Origin: Alphaproteobacteria bacterium
GTDB lineage: Bacteria > Pseudomonadota > Alphaproteobacteria > RF32 > CAG-239
DNA length: 64,000 bases
Assembly: GCA_045633945.1 (NCBI GenBank)
Contig: JAZQZH010000003.1
Coordinates: forward strand, 250 to 64,249
Direction: 5' to 3'
The notes below the pieces were generated by a model that was not told the origin of the DNA, made no database searches, and saw nothing but the letters and a program-made list of their open reading frames with translations. Numbering within the stretch: the stretch's first letter is position 1; every line of letters starts with the position of its first letter. Below are positions 37,178 to 46,981 of this stretch, one piece after another. Made by a program: the position numbers and the translations under genes.

Positions 37178-38875
37178 TTGATGAAGATGGTTGAAGATAA
37201 TAAAGAAAATCAGTATGTTGTTTTAGCAAGAAAGTATCGTCCTCAAAATTTTGAAGATTTATTGGGGCAAGATGCTTTGGTTCAAACATTAACTAATGCT
37301 ATTAAAAATAATAGATTGCATCATGCTTATATTTTAACAGGTATAAGAGGAGTTGGCAAAACTACAACAGCAAGGTTAATTGCTAGAGCATTAAATTGTA
37401 TTGGAGAAAATGGTCAGGGTGGTCCAACAATTCAACCATGCGGAGTGTGTGATAATTGCAAATCTATAGCATCAGGTAGGCATATGGACGTCATGGAGCT
37501 AGATGCTGCATCGCACACGGGGGTTGATGATGTTAGAGAATTATTAGACAGTGCTAAATATGCTCCAACAAATGCTCGTTATAAAGTATATATAATTGAC
37601 GAGGTGCATATGTTATCAAAGGGTGCATTCAATGCATTGTTAAAGACATTAGAAGAGCCCCCAGCACATGTGAAGTTTATATTTGCAACAACAGAAATAA
37701 GAAAAGTGCCAGTTACAATACTTTCTAGATGCCAACGTTTTGATTTACAACGTCTAAGTGTTGCAACATTAAAAGAGTTATTTGTTAAAATACTAACAAA
37801 AGAAAATATTCCATCAGAAGATGAAGCTTTGGAAGTCATTGCAAAAGCTGCAGATGGTTCTGCGCGAGATGGCTTATCTCTTCTTGATCAATCAATAGTT
37901 CTTAGTAATGGTGATATAAAAACAGATGTTGTAAAAAAAATGTTGGGACTTGCAGATCGTAGTCAAACATTAAATCTTTTTGCAAATCTTATAAATGGTG
38001 ATATGGAAAATGTGCTAAATAATGTTACGGAACAATATACAAATGGTGCAACATCTCTAATTGTTTTGCAAGATTTAATAAATATAACTCATGATTTAGC
38101 CAAAGTGAAAATAATTCCTCAAATATTGAACTCAACAAGTTTAAGTGAAGTAGAAAAACAGATATTTACAGATTTGAGTCAAAAGACATCATTAGCTATT
38201 TTATCAAAAGTTTGGCAAATGCTTATAAAAGGTGTTGGAGAAATAAATATGGCTCCATCTTCAGTTGAGGCTTTAGAGATGATATTGCTGAGAGTTGCAT
38301 ATTCAGCTTCATTGCCTACACCTTATGAAATTTTAAATGAAGTAAAAAAAAAATCTAATTTAGCCCCAGATTCTCAAACAGGATTGCCTGAAATAGAAAA
38401 AAAAAATAATAAAATAGAGCCTGAAAATGTAAGAGAAAAGCTTATATTTGATAATGTAGAAGATTTTATACAATATCTTGAAAAATCAAGAAAGGTGATT
38501 ATTGAGTATTCTGTAAAAAATGATATAAGTTTTGAAGAGTTTGAGCACGGAAAAATAAAAATACGTATTTCCGAGAATATAAAACAAGATTTTATAATGG
38601 AATTGCATAAGGTTTTTCAAGATGCAACAGGAATAAAATGGCAAATAGAAATTATAAAAGGTGATTTGGGTGAAACAATTGCGGATAAAGAACAATCAAC
38701 CGTTGATGCAAAGAAAAAAAATGTGGCAGAATACCCATTAGTGAAAAAAATTTTGGAAGAATTTAAAGGTGCTAGAATAGAGACAATCATTCGTAAGAAT
38801 TTATCTGAACTCGAAAAAGAGGAAAGAGATATCTCTATTGATATGGTATCAACATATTTTGAAGAAGAGGAGTAA
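37178..38875 (+). CDS. dnaX: DNA polymerase III subunit tau/gamma
   Basis: ARKYRPQNFEDLLGQ, Walker A LTGIRGVGKTTTARLIA, zinc module CGVCDNC, YIIDEVHML and SRCQRF. Possible starts are TTG 37178, ATG 37181 and ATG 37187. Confidence 0.92.
   Translation: MMKMVEDNKENQYVVLARKYRPQNFEDLLGQDALVQTLTNAIKNNRLHHAYILTGIRGVGKTTTARLIARALNCIGENGQGGPTIQPCGVCDNCKSIASGRHMDVMELDAASHTGVDDVRELLDSAKYAPTNARYKVYIIDEVHMLSKGAFNALLKTLEEPPAHVKFIFATTEIRKVPVTILSRCQRFDLQRLSVATLKELFVKILTKENIPSEDEALEVIAKAADGSARDGLSLLDQSIVLSNGDIKTDVVKKMLGLADRSQTLNLFANLINGDMENVLNNVTEQYTNGATSLIVLQDLINITHDLAKVKIIPQILNSTSLSEVEKQIFTDLSQKTSLAILSKVWQMLIKGVGEINMAPSSVEALEMILLRVAYSASLPTPYEILNEVKKKSNLAPDSQTGLPEIEKKNNKIEPENVREKLIFDNVEDFIQYLEKSRKVIIEYSVKNDISFEEFEHGKIKIRISENIKQDFIMELHKVFQDATGIKWQIEIIKGDLGETIADKEQSTVDAKKKNVAEYPLVKKILEEFKGARIETIIRKNLSELEKEERDISIDMVSTYFEEEE
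38344..38358 (+). other. A10 run inside dnaX followed by an immediate -1-frame stop; candidate slippage/recoding site
   Basis: Zero frame reads GTA AAA AAA AAA TCT AAT. The -1 frame reads AAA AAA AAA ATC TAA. The +1 frame reads AAT CTA ATT TAG. Confidence 0.3.
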
Positions 38876-38877
38876 AC

Positions 38878-39195
38878 ATGTTAAATATACAAGGATTAAT
38901 GAAACAAGCTCAAGTAATGCAAAAAAAGATGCAAGAAGCACAAGAAAAACTAGCACAAACAGAGGTTACAGGAAGTGCTGCAAATGGTTTATTATCTATT
39001 ACATTAAATGGTAAATCTGAAATGAAAAAAATTTCAATCGATAAATCTTTAGCATCAGATGATATTGAAATGCTAGAGGATTTAATTATGGTTGCATATA
39101 ATGATGCTCATATTAAAGTTGAAAACATGGCAGAAGAGAGTATGAAATCTGCAACTGGTGGTGTAAATTTAGGTGGGTTAAAATTACCATTCTAA
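38878..39195 (+). CDS. ybaB: Nucleoid-associated protein YbaB/EbfC
   Basis: 105 aa beginning MKQAQVMQKKMQEAQEKLA... It lies between dnaX and recR. Confidence 0.88.
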   Translation: MLNIQGLMKQAQVMQKKMQEAQEKLAQTEVTGSAANGLLSITLNGKSEMKKISIDKSLASDDIEMLEDLIMVAYNDAHIKVENMAEESMKSATGGVNLGGLKLPF

Positions 39196-39204
39196 GAGAT
39201 AAAT

Positions 39205-39798
39205 ATGTCTGAAAATTATATAGAACAGCTCATTAAAATAATATCAAAACTACCTTCATTAGGGACACGTTCTGCGCGTCGTATTGTGCTTTATCTGCTA
39301 AAACGAAAAGAAAATATTATTCCGCAGCTAATAAATGCATTACAAGAAGTTTATGATAATATTAAAGTGTGCGAAACATGTGGTAATTATGATACATCTA
39401 CCCCATGCTCTATTTGTCGTTCAGAAATACGCGATAACAATATATTGTGTATTGTGCAGGATATAAGCGATTTGTGGGCCTTAGAAAGAGGTGGTCTATA
39501 TAAAGGAAAATATCATATTTTAGGTGGAGTGTTATCTGCAATAGAGGGGGTAACACCTGATGACTTAAATATAGATAAACTATTAAACCGCATCAACATC
39601 GAAAAGATAACAGAGGTGATTTTAGCTCTACCTGCAACTGTTGATGGGCAGATAACAATGCATTATATATCATCACTATTAAAGGACTATAATATTAAAA
39701 TATCTACACTAGCACAAGGAATTCCCGTTGGAGGGGAATTAGATTATATGGATGATGGAACCATAAAGCTAGCATTAGATATGCGAAAAGAACTCTAA
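39205..39798 (+). CDS. recR: Recombination protein RecR
   Basis: LPSLGTRSARRIVLYLL, a C4 zinc finger CETCGNY...CSIC and a Toprim segment. Confidence 0.92.
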   Translation: MSENYIEQLIKIISKLPSLGTRSARRIVLYLLKRKENIIPQLINALQEVYDNIKVCETCGNYDTSTPCSICRSEIRDNNILCIVQDISDLWALERGGLYKGKYHILGGVLSAIEGVTPDDLNIDKLLNRINIEKITEVILALPATVDGQITMHYISSLLKDYNIKISTLAQGIPVGGELDYMDDGTIKLALDMRKEL

Positions 39799-39807
39799 AA
39801 AACACTT

Positions 39808-40509
39808 TTAGCTTTCATTATCTACATCAGAACTATCTATAGAGTAGCCATTTGCTCTAACTGTTCTAATATAATCAGGACCAAACTTATTTAAGGAACT
39901 TCTTAAACGTCTAATATGCACATCTACTGTTCTTGATTCTACATATATGTTTTCACCCCAAACAGATTTTAATAATACTTCACGCGAAAATACTTTTCCA
40001 GGCTCTTTAACCAACATTTTTAATAAACGAAATTCTGTTGGGCTAAGGTGGATATAGTTTTCGCCTCTTTTAACCTTACGTTCAACTAAGTCAATATGTA
40101 TATCTTCAAAAATTAAAAACTTCTCTTTTTCTTCGAATAGAGGAGCTCTTCTCATATTTGTTTTAACTCTAGCAATAAGTTCAGGGATAGAAAAAGGTTT
40201 TGTTACATAGTCATCAGCACCAGCTCCAAGTCCTTTAATTTTATCTTCTTCTTGCCCTTTAGCTGTAAGCATGATAATTGGTATCATTTTAATATCTGGT
40301 TTTGAACGAACTAGTTTACAAATTTCTACACCAGAAATTTCAGGTAACATCCAATCTAAAAGAATAACAGATGGACTATTTTTTTCTATTTCACTAATTG
40401 CATTTAATCCATTATTTACAACCATAACCTTGTAACCTTCTTTTTCAAGATTATAACTTAAAAGTGTAGCAATAGCTTCTTCATCTTCAATTATCATAAC
40501 CAAACTCAT
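39808..40509 (-). CDS. OmpR/PhoB-family response regulator
   Basis: Receiver domain (IIEDEE...ILLDWMLPEISG...TAKG...KPF) plus a winged-helix output domain (LSPTEFRLLKML...VDVHIRRLR). It looks PhoB-like, but the subfamily is not certain. Confidence 0.85.
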   Translation of the reverse strand: MSLVMIIEDEEAIATLLSYNLEKEGYKVMVVNNGLNAISEIEKNSPSVILLDWMLPEISGVEICKLVRSKPDIKMIPIIMLTAKGQEEDKIKGLGAGADDYVTKPFSIPELIARVKTNMRRAPLFEEKEKFLIFEDIHIDLVERKVKRGENYIHLSPTEFRLLKMLVKEPGKVFSREVLLKSVWGENIYVESRTVDVHIRRLRSSLNKFGPDYIRTVRANGYSIDSSDVDNES

Positions 40510-40510
40510 A

Positions 40511-41152
40511 TTATTCTCCTTTTATTTCTTTTATATTATCAGCATAATTATTATTTTTAAATATAGCACTACCAGCCACAATGATATCAACTCCAGCATC
40601 AATACATAGCTTTGCGGTATTTGGATTAATACCACCATCTACTTCAATAAGAATGTCCCTTTTTTCTATCATATTTCTTAAATTGCTAATTTTATCAACA
40701 CTATTTATATTAAATGTTTGGCCACCAAACCCAGGATTTACCGACATTATTAATACTAGATCAATATCATTAATAAATGGCTTTAAAACACTTATATCTG
40801 TTTGAGGTTTAATTGATATACCAACTTTTATTCCAAGTTTTTTTATAAGTTCTATTTCATTAGCAGGATTTGAAGTAGCTTCAAAATGAAACGTTATAAT
40901 ATTAGCTCCAGCTTTTGCATACCAAGGAATAAACTTTGCTGGATTATTTACCATTAAATGAACATCAAAAGGCAAAGAGGAACATTTTTTTGCTTGCTCT
41001 AATATCATCGGACCAAAAGTGATATTGTCGACAAAGTGTCCATCCATAACATCAAAATGAATATAGTCTGCTCCAGCTTCTTTAAGTTGCGTTAGCTCAT
41101 TTTTTAAACACATAAAATCAGCAGACAAGATGCTAGGTGCTATTTTTACCAT
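40511..41152 (-). CDS. rpe: Ribulose-phosphate 3-epimerase
   Basis: IAPSILSADF...HFDVMDGHFV...HLMV...MSVNPGFGGQ. Confidence 0.92.
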   Translation of the reverse strand: MVKIAPSILSADFMCLKNELTQLKEAGADYIHFDVMDGHFVDNITFGPMILEQAKKCSSLPFDVHLMVNNPAKFIPWYAKAGANIITFHFEATSNPANEIELIKKLGIKVGISIKPQTDISVLKPFINDIDLVLIMSVNPGFGGQTFNINSVDKISNLRNMIEKRDILIEVDGGINPNTAKLCIDAGVDIIVAGSAIFKNNNYADNIKEIKGE

Positions 41153-41285
41153 AATATTCTCCTACATAATCTACAATATATAATAAATAAAAAGTTTTAA
41201 CTTATCGTAAATATGGAAATACATCATTGATTTCTACGTTGTAATTATTATCTAATATAAGATTTTTTTAACAAAGGAGGTAAAA

Positions 41286-41771
41286 ATGGCTCAAATGGCT
41301 CAACGAATATCAAAAAATGATAGAAATGAATTAATCAGTTTATTGCAAAGCGCATATGCAGAAGAGTGGTTAGCATATTATCAATATTGGATTGGTGCAA
41401 AAGTGGCTGAAGGTATTGAGAGGCCAAAAATTGTAGAGGAATTTGAAGAACATGCAAATGATGAGTTAAAACATGCAACTTGGCTTGCTCAAAGGATAAT
41501 AGAATTAGGAGAAGCACCAATAATTGATCCTACTCAATGGAGTGAATATGCGAAATGTAAGTATGATGCGCCAACAAATCCAGATACAAAAGTTCTTGTT
41601 AATCAAAATTTGGTTGCAGAACGTTGTGCTATTGGTCGTTATCAAAATATATGTGAGTTATGCCAAGGAAAAGATTATACGACATTTAATGTTGTTAGAA
41701 AGATATTAAAAGAAGAAATAGAACATGAACAGGAAATGGAGGATTTTCAAAAAGATTTTGAATATTATTAA
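41286..41771 (+). CDS. Ferritin-like (bacterioferritin/Dps superfamily) protein
   Basis: Four-helix-bundle di-iron ligand pattern: AEEW...EEFEEHANDELKHA...EEIEHEQEM. Confidence 0.7.
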   Translation: MAQMAQRISKNDRNELISLLQSAYAEEWLAYYQYWIGAKVAEGIERPKIVEEFEEHANDELKHATWLAQRIIELGEAPIIDPTQWSEYAKCKYDAPTNPDTKVLVNQNLVAERCAIGRYQNICELCQGKDYTTFNVVRKILKEEIEHEQEMEDFQKDFEYY

Positions 41772-41794
41772 ATTATAAAATATAACCCTTTCTT

Positions 41795-41828
41795 AACATC
41801 TTGGTGCTAAATTATAGACCAAGATGTT
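41795..41828 (+). terminator. Perfect 11-bp stem hairpin between the ferritin-like gene and the recombinase gene (terminator or attenuator)
   Basis: AACATCTTGGT, a 12-nt loop and ACCAAGATGTT. The trailing T-tract is weak (TTATTT). Confidence 0.45.
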
Positions 41829-41844
41829 TATTTAAGGGAAGCAA

Positions 41845-42747
41845 ATGCCAAACGAAGAGCTAAAGCAAATAATAAAAAAATGGCAAGATTGTCTAACAAT
41901 CCAACATAATTATTCTCAAAACACTGTTCAAAGTTATTTAAGTGATATTGAAATATTTTTAAATTATATATCAAAAAAAATTGTATCTGTCCAAGACTTA
42001 AACGAATTTAGTTTAAGAGATTTTAGAAATTTTTTTAGTTCAAGATCTAGAAATAAAATAAGTAAAGCCAGTATAGCAAGAGAAGAATCTGCTATTAAAA
42101 ATTTTTTTAGATATTTAAATGAAAACGATATTATAACTAACACTTCAATATTTCAAATTTCTACTCCAAAGTTGCCAAAGTTATTGCCTAAGGCTATTGA
42201 GGTAAATTCAATTTTTGAAATTATAGATGAAGCTAAAAATGATTGTAAAGAACCATGGATAGGGCTTAGGGATACAGCAATATTCATTTTATTATATGGT
42301 TGCGGGCTAAGAATATCAGAAGCTTTATCGTTAAATGTTGGAGATATAAATCAAGCTGATTTTATAAAAATTAAAGGAAAAGGAAATAAAGAAAGATATG
42401 TTCCAATTTTACCAATAATTACAGATAGTATTAATAAGTATAAAGAGGCTTGTCCGTATAACTTACATCAAGAAGATGCATTATTTCTTGGAGCAAGAGG
42501 GGAGAGGTTGAAGGCTCGTATTATTCAAAGAAAATTACAACAAATAAGAGCGAAATTAAATCTTCCTGATAGTGCAACTCCGCATGCTTTAAGACACTCT
42601 TTTGCAACACATCTTTTGGCTCAAGATTCTGATCTGCGTTCAATACAAGAGTTGATGGGGCATTCGTCGTTAAGTTCAACGCAGCGATACACAGAAGTTG
42701 ATTTTATTAAAATTAAAAAAGAATATGAAAAGGCTTTTCCCGAATAA
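41845..42747 (+). CDS. Tyrosine recombinase, XerC/XerD type
   Basis: 300 aa with LLYGCGLRISEAL...KGKGNKERYVP...HALRHSFATHLL...LMGHSSLSSTQRYT (R-H-R-Y catalytic pattern). Confidence 0.8.
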   Translation: MPNEELKQIIKKWQDCLTIQHNYSQNTVQSYLSDIEIFLNYISKKIVSVQDLNEFSLRDFRNFFSSRSRNKISKASIAREESAIKNFFRYLNENDIITNTSIFQISTPKLPKLLPKAIEVNSIFEIIDEAKNDCKEPWIGLRDTAIFILLYGCGLRISEALSLNVGDINQADFIKIKGKGNKERYVPILPIITDSINKYKEACPYNLHQEDALFLGARGERLKARIIQRKLQQIRAKLNLPDSATPHALRHSFATHLLAQDSDLRSIQELMGHSSLSSTQRYTEVDFIKIKKEYEKAFPE

Positions 42748-42757
42748 AATAATGCAC

Positions 42758-42786
42758 AAAAAAAACACCCTTTCGGGCGTTTTTCT
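42758..42786. terminator. Probable bidirectional terminator between the xer-like gene and rpmG
   Basis: An A-run, then ACACCC, a TTTC loop and GGGCGT (one mismatch), then TTTT. Confidence 0.5.
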
Positions 42787-42800
42787 TAAACCGTAAAAAC

Positions 42801-42968
42801 TTACTTTAATTTCTTTTCTACGAATTCTTCGTGTTTCTTAGATTTTTTATCATACTTTTTCATAACCAATTTCTCAGGATGAGTTCTTGGATTTTTTTCA
42901 GCAAGATAAAAAGTACCTGTACCAGCACTGCTCTCTAATTTCACTTTAACTTTAACTGCTTTTGCCAT
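42801..42968 (-). CDS. rpmG: 50S ribosomal protein L33 (below the ORF-track size cutoff)
   Basis: The reverse strand translates to MAKAVKVKVKLESSAGTGTFYLAEKNPRTHPEKLVMKKYDKKSKKHEEFVEKKLK (55 aa), the L33 pattern. Confidence 0.85.
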   Translation of the reverse strand: MAKAVKVKVKLESSAGTGTFYLAEKNPRTHPEKLVMKKYDKKSKKHEEFVEKKLK

Positions 42969-43051
42969 TATTTTACTCTTACAAATTTAAGGTTAAACAC
43001 AAAAAACTTTACTGCACTATACATTTATTATCAGTAATGTCAACAAAATTT

Positions 43052-44068
43052 TTATCCTAATTTATTTTTTATGAGGTTTATTGCTGTTATAAGGTCTTTT
43101 TTATGATTATTTTTATCTGAAATAACACAGCTATTATGGATTCCTGTACAAATCTGAGGCATTACTCCAATTTTATCAATTTTGTTACCTGATGGAGAGA
43201 ATATATGTCCACTTGTTACATATAGCTTATAATTATCGACATTATAAACGGATTGAATACTGCCTTTACCAAAGGTTTTAGTACCAACAATAATTGCTCT
43301 ACTTTGCTCTCCAAGAGAAGCCGCAACTAATTCAGCAGCAGAAGCTGTTTTGTCATTAACAAGTATAACTATTTTTTTGTCATTCAAAATATCACCAGCA
43401 GATGATGTATAATAATGTGTCTTTTCTCCTTCAGTGCTATATGTAATCAAAGCATTATCCAAAAATAAGTCAGATAAAGAAATTGCTTCATTAAAATTGC
43501 CGCCTCTGTTATTTTTAAAATCGAAAATTATGCCATAAATATTTGTATTATCGTTGATAATTTTTTTTACATCTTCAGTGTATCCTGAATAAAAAACATT
43601 AGATTTTATATAAAGAATATTATCATCAACTGTATACTCTAGTTTTTCTTTTTTATTAGAAGATGTTTCCAGTCTAGAAAATGTATCAATATTTTTTGCT
43701 ATTTGATTAACAAGATATAATTCTGTTTTGTCTGTGTTGTTTTCTATATCTGAATAAGTATCCAATATTTCTGCTAACACATTTTTCCATGCACAAGGTT
43801 GATTGTTATTTGGAAAAATAAAAGATTTTACAAGATTGTTTTCATAATAAAGGAAAGCTTTAGAGTCGCTATGATGGAGTCTAATTTTTTTATTATACTG
43901 ATTAAGAGAGCTAATTCCTAAAAGAGAAATTTTTCTAAAGTCAATTTGTTGATTGTGTTTAGATTCTAATGTTGAATAAAGGTTATTTAGATTACTATAT
44001 TCATAAGCAAAAGCCTTTGGCATAATTGCTCCTAAACATAAAATAAAATAAACCAAAAATTTTTTCAT
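43052..44068 (-). CDS. S41-family (C-terminal processing) peptidase-like secreted protein
   Basis: Signal peptide, then IIFDFKNNRGGNFNEA and VILVNDKTASAAELVAASL...GTKTFGKGSIQ (Ser/Lys dyad context). No obvious PDZ segment by eye. Confidence 0.7.
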   Translation of the reverse strand: MKKFLVYFILCLGAIMPKAFAYEYSNLNNLYSTLESKHNQQIDFRKISLLGISSLNQYNKKIRLHHSDSKAFLYYENNLVKSFIFPNNNQPCAWKNVLAEILDTYSDIENNTDKTELYLVNQIAKNIDTFSRLETSSNKKEKLEYTVDDNILYIKSNVFYSGYTEDVKKIINDNTNIYGIIFDFKNNRGGNFNEAISLSDLFLDNALITYSTEGEKTHYYTSSAGDILNDKKIVILVNDKTASAAELVAASLGEQSRAIIVGTKTFGKGSIQSVYNVDNYKLYVTSGHIFSPSGNKIDKIGVMPQICTGIHNSCVISDKNNHKKDLITAINLIKNKLG

Positions 44069-44070
44069 TT

Positions 44071-44865
44071 TTAATCCTCAAGTTCAATCACTAAAGCAGT
44101 ATGATCTGATGGGCGATCCATTTGTCTTAATGATTTATCAACATAAACTTTAGTTAATCTATCTGCAAAAAAAGACGAAACTAACATATAGTCTATTCTT
44201 AAACCTAAATTAGTTACAAAAGAGTTAGCAGTGTAGTCCCAAAATGTATATCCTTCAGTATTAGGATGTTTTAATCTAAATGAATCATAGAGACCTAAGT
44301 ATTTTAAAGCTGTAATTTTATCTCGTACTTCTTTTAAATATAGGGGGCTATTCTTAAAACGAGAGGCATCAAAAACGTCAATTTCTTCCATCATAACATT
44401 GAAGTCTCCGCCTAAAATAATAGAACATCCTTCCTTTTTTAGTGCAGAAATATGGTCATATAATTTATCAAACCAGTTTAATTTATATGACAATTTTTCT
44501 TGCTCAATAATCTTATCATTTGAGCAACCATTAGGTGCATAAACAGAAGCTATATAAAATTTTTGATCTTTATTTTTAATTAAAACTTCTAAATACCTTG
44601 CTGCATTATCATCTGTAAAGTTTGGAAGATTGCGATTCGTTATTTCAAAATTATATTTGCTTAAAATTGCAACACCATTATAACTTTTTTGTCCTAAAGC
44701 AATAGTTTTATACCCTAAACTTTCAAATTCGAAATATAAAAAATTTTCAGTTTCACACTTTATTTCTTGTAATAATACAATATCAGGATCGTTATCTTTT
44801 AACCAATTCAATAAATTTTGAGCTCTTGCTTTTACTGAGTTTACATTATATGTTGCTATTTTCAT
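44071..44865 (-). CDS. xthA: Exodeoxyribonuclease III
   Basis: MKIATYNVNS...LLQEIK...GDFNV...RIDYMLVS...SDHTALV are the EEP nuclease motifs. Confidence 0.9.
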   Translation of the reverse strand: MKIATYNVNSVKARAQNLLNWLKDNDPDIVLLQEIKCETENFLYFEFESLGYKTIALGQKSYNGVAILSKYNFEITNRNLPNFTDDNAARYLEVLIKNKDQKFYIASVYAPNGCSNDKIIEQEKLSYKLNWFDKLYDHISALKKEGCSIILGGDFNVMMEEIDVFDASRFKNSPLYLKEVRDKITALKYLGLYDSFRLKHPNTEGYTFWDYTANSFVTNLGLRIDYMLVSSFFADRLTKVYVDKSLRQMDRPSDHTALVIELED

Positions 44866-44975
44866 ATCAAACCTACCATTTTAAATTTAAAAATAGTTTA
44901 TCCAATATATATTAAAGGATTGTAAATATATTTTGAGTTAGAATAACTCTAAATGTAAAAAATAAGAGGGCATAG

Positions 44976-45905
44976 ATGTTGTACGATTTTAACAATAATA
45001 GAGATGGTATTAGTGATTTTCATCAACGTGTAGCTGACCGTAATATACAAAGCATAGATGATAGACAAGAAGAACTAAGGCAAGCCAAAAATGGTTTTAT
45101 AGGCATGCTTGCTGGTATATTAGTTGGTGGATTAGTAGGATGGATATTTTTAAGCCCTTCTGATAATAATATTCAAAAACAAATACCGGTCATAAGAAGA
45201 CAGGTTACACCATTTAAAGTACAGCCCAATGATCCAGGAGGTATGGAGATTGATAACCAAGACAGAGAAATATATCATATCGTTGATAACAAACCTAAAG
45301 AAGTAAAAGAAGTAAAAATACGCCCAGTTCCTGATCAACCAAAATTAGTAGTAGAAAGTTCTGTTAATAAGATAGACGACATTGGAAGTCTTGTAGAAAG
45401 TATTGATGAAGAGATGAAAGTTGATGTATCAAAAGAAGATATAGCAATACAAGATAATACAGTTAAAGTTGCTCAAAATGAATTAGTTGGAGTTAATACA
45501 AATAGTGGAGATAAGATTGTTATTCCGCAAAAAATAGAGCAAATAGATGTAAAAGTACAAGATAGTATTAACCAAGAAAGTGCTAATGTATCCACTACTA
45601 AAAAAGAAATAGTAGCTTCTAAAGAGGTTGTTAAACAAGAGGTGAAAAAGAGTGTAAAAGGTACTTGGTATACTCAGATAATAGCATCATCAAGTAAAAG
45701 CGCAGTAGAAAGATTATGGTTAAATTTATCAAAAAAATATTCTTTCTTAAATAGCTATCCTCACGAAGTTGAAGAGATAACATCTGCAACTGGTAGCACT
45801 CTTTATCGCTTAAAAGTTGGTAGTTTTGATACAAGAAAACAAGCCGAAACATTATATTCTAAATTAAAGCAAAATAATGTTAGTTGCATAATTAAGCAAA
45901 ACTAG
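44976..45905 (+). CDS. SPOR-domain membrane protein
   Basis: TM segment FIGMLAGILVGGLVGWIFL and a C-terminal SPOR-like domain WYTQIIASSSKSAVERLW...YRLKVGSFDTRKQAETLYSKLK. Confidence 0.7.
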   Translation: MLYDFNNNRDGISDFHQRVADRNIQSIDDRQEELRQAKNGFIGMLAGILVGGLVGWIFLSPSDNNIQKQIPVIRRQVTPFKVQPNDPGGMEIDNQDREIYHIVDNKPKEVKEVKIRPVPDQPKLVVESSVNKIDDIGSLVESIDEEMKVDVSKEDIAIQDNTVKVAQNELVGVNTNSGDKIVIPQKIEQIDVKVQDSINQESANVSTTKKEIVASKEVVKQEVKKSVKGTWYTQIIASSSKSAVERLWLNLSKKYSFLNSYPHEVEEITSATGSTLYRLKVGSFDTRKQAETLYSKLKQNNVSCIIKQN

Positions 45906-45913
45906 GAAAACAA

Positions 45914-46981
45914 ATGGAAAGACCAATACTCGCTGCAATGCTTTCATGTGAAGGAACTTCTTTAACTGATGATGAAAAGTATTTATTTTCGCAATATAAT
46001 CCATTAGGTATAACACTGTTTACAAGAAATATAGTAAGCAAAGTGCAAGCAAAAAAGCTAATAAACGAGATAAAAAATACTATTAATAGAAACGATGTTT
46101 TAATTGCTGTTGATGAAGAAGGTGGAAGAGTATCACGATTACAACATATTAGTGATTTTAAGTATGTATCTGCAGAAGAATTAGGAAAGGTTGATAAGTA
46201 TTTTTCTAAAATTCATGCTCAGCTAATTTCAGAAGAACTAAGTGAACTGGGTATAAATGTTAATTATTCGCCTGTTATTGATAAAAAAATAAATAGTAAA
46301 AGCAAAGTGCTAGAAAAAAGATGTTTTAGCAGTAAAGATGAAGATATTGTGTTACACGCTTTAAGTATGGCCGATGCATATATTGATATGGGTATATGCC
46401 CTTGTATTAAACATATACCTGGGCATTTTTCTTTAGAAAAAGATCCTCATTTAGATGTGATAGAAACAGATTTGTCTCTTAGTGAAATAGAAAAGAATAT
46501 ACAGTATTTGAAAAGCTTTAGTAAGTATCCAATGGCTATGACCGCTCACATCAAAATAAAGTCAATAGATGATGAAAATCCTGTTACAACATCAAAAACT
46601 ATAATAAATAAGATATTGCGTAAAATGCTGCAATTTAATGGGCTAATTATTAGCGATGCAATAGATATGCATGCTCTAGGAGGTAGTATTATTGAAAAAA
46701 ATAATTCAGTAATTGATGCCGGAGTAGATGTTATTTGCTATTGCTCTGGTAAATACCAAGATATGTATTCTATTTGCAGTGAAAAAAGATTTATGAGTGA
46801 AAAATCATTAAATAGATTTGCAAATATAAAAAAAATCATAAATAATAAGCCAAAACATATTGATATTGTAGAGTGTCAAAAAGTTTATAGAGAAAAATTT
46901 CAAGATAGTTTTGATCAAAAATATTCTTATGATGCAACAGAAACATTGCATCAAATGCAAAAGAAAGGAGACAACAGATGA
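45914..46981 (+). CDS. nagZ: Beta-N-acetylhexosaminidase (GH3, NagZ-like)
   Basis: IAVDEEGGRVSRL and KHIPGH motifs, then LIISDAIDM. Confidence 0.8.
   Translation: MERPILAAMLSCEGTSLTDDEKYLFSQYNPLGITLFTRNIVSKVQAKKLINEIKNTINRNDVLIAVDEEGGRVSRLQHISDFKYVSAEELGKVDKYFSKIHAQLISEELSELGINVNYSPVIDKKINSKSKVLEKRCFSSKDEDIVLHALSMADAYIDMGICPCIKHIPGHFSLEKDPHLDVIETDLSLSEIEKNIQYLKSFSKYPMAMTAHIKIKSIDDENPVTTSKTIINKILRKMLQFNGLIISDAIDMHALGGSIIEKNNSVIDAGVDVICYCSGKYQDMYSICSEKRFMSEKSLNRFANIKKIINNKPKHIDIVECQKVYREKFQDSFDQKYSYDATETLHQMQKKGDNR

Noticed and set aside
37047-37289. 80-aa minus-strand ORF
   Set aside because: It overlaps the SRP RNA gene and the dnaX start. The conserved 4.5S RNA motif and dnaX explain the region, so the ORF is spurious.
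41230-41275. Possible Fur/iron box (TGTAATTATTATCTAATATAAG) upstream of the ferritin-like gene
   Set aside because: Only one NATWAT hexamer fits. In DNA this AT-rich, such matches are expected by chance, and I cannot score it without a matrix and background model.
41845-42747. Tyrosine recombinase as a marker of an integrated mobile element
   Set aside because: Its length and motifs fit chromosomal XerC/XerD. No flanking tRNA, direct repeats, phage genes or conjugation genes were seen, and the neighbours are housekeeping genes.
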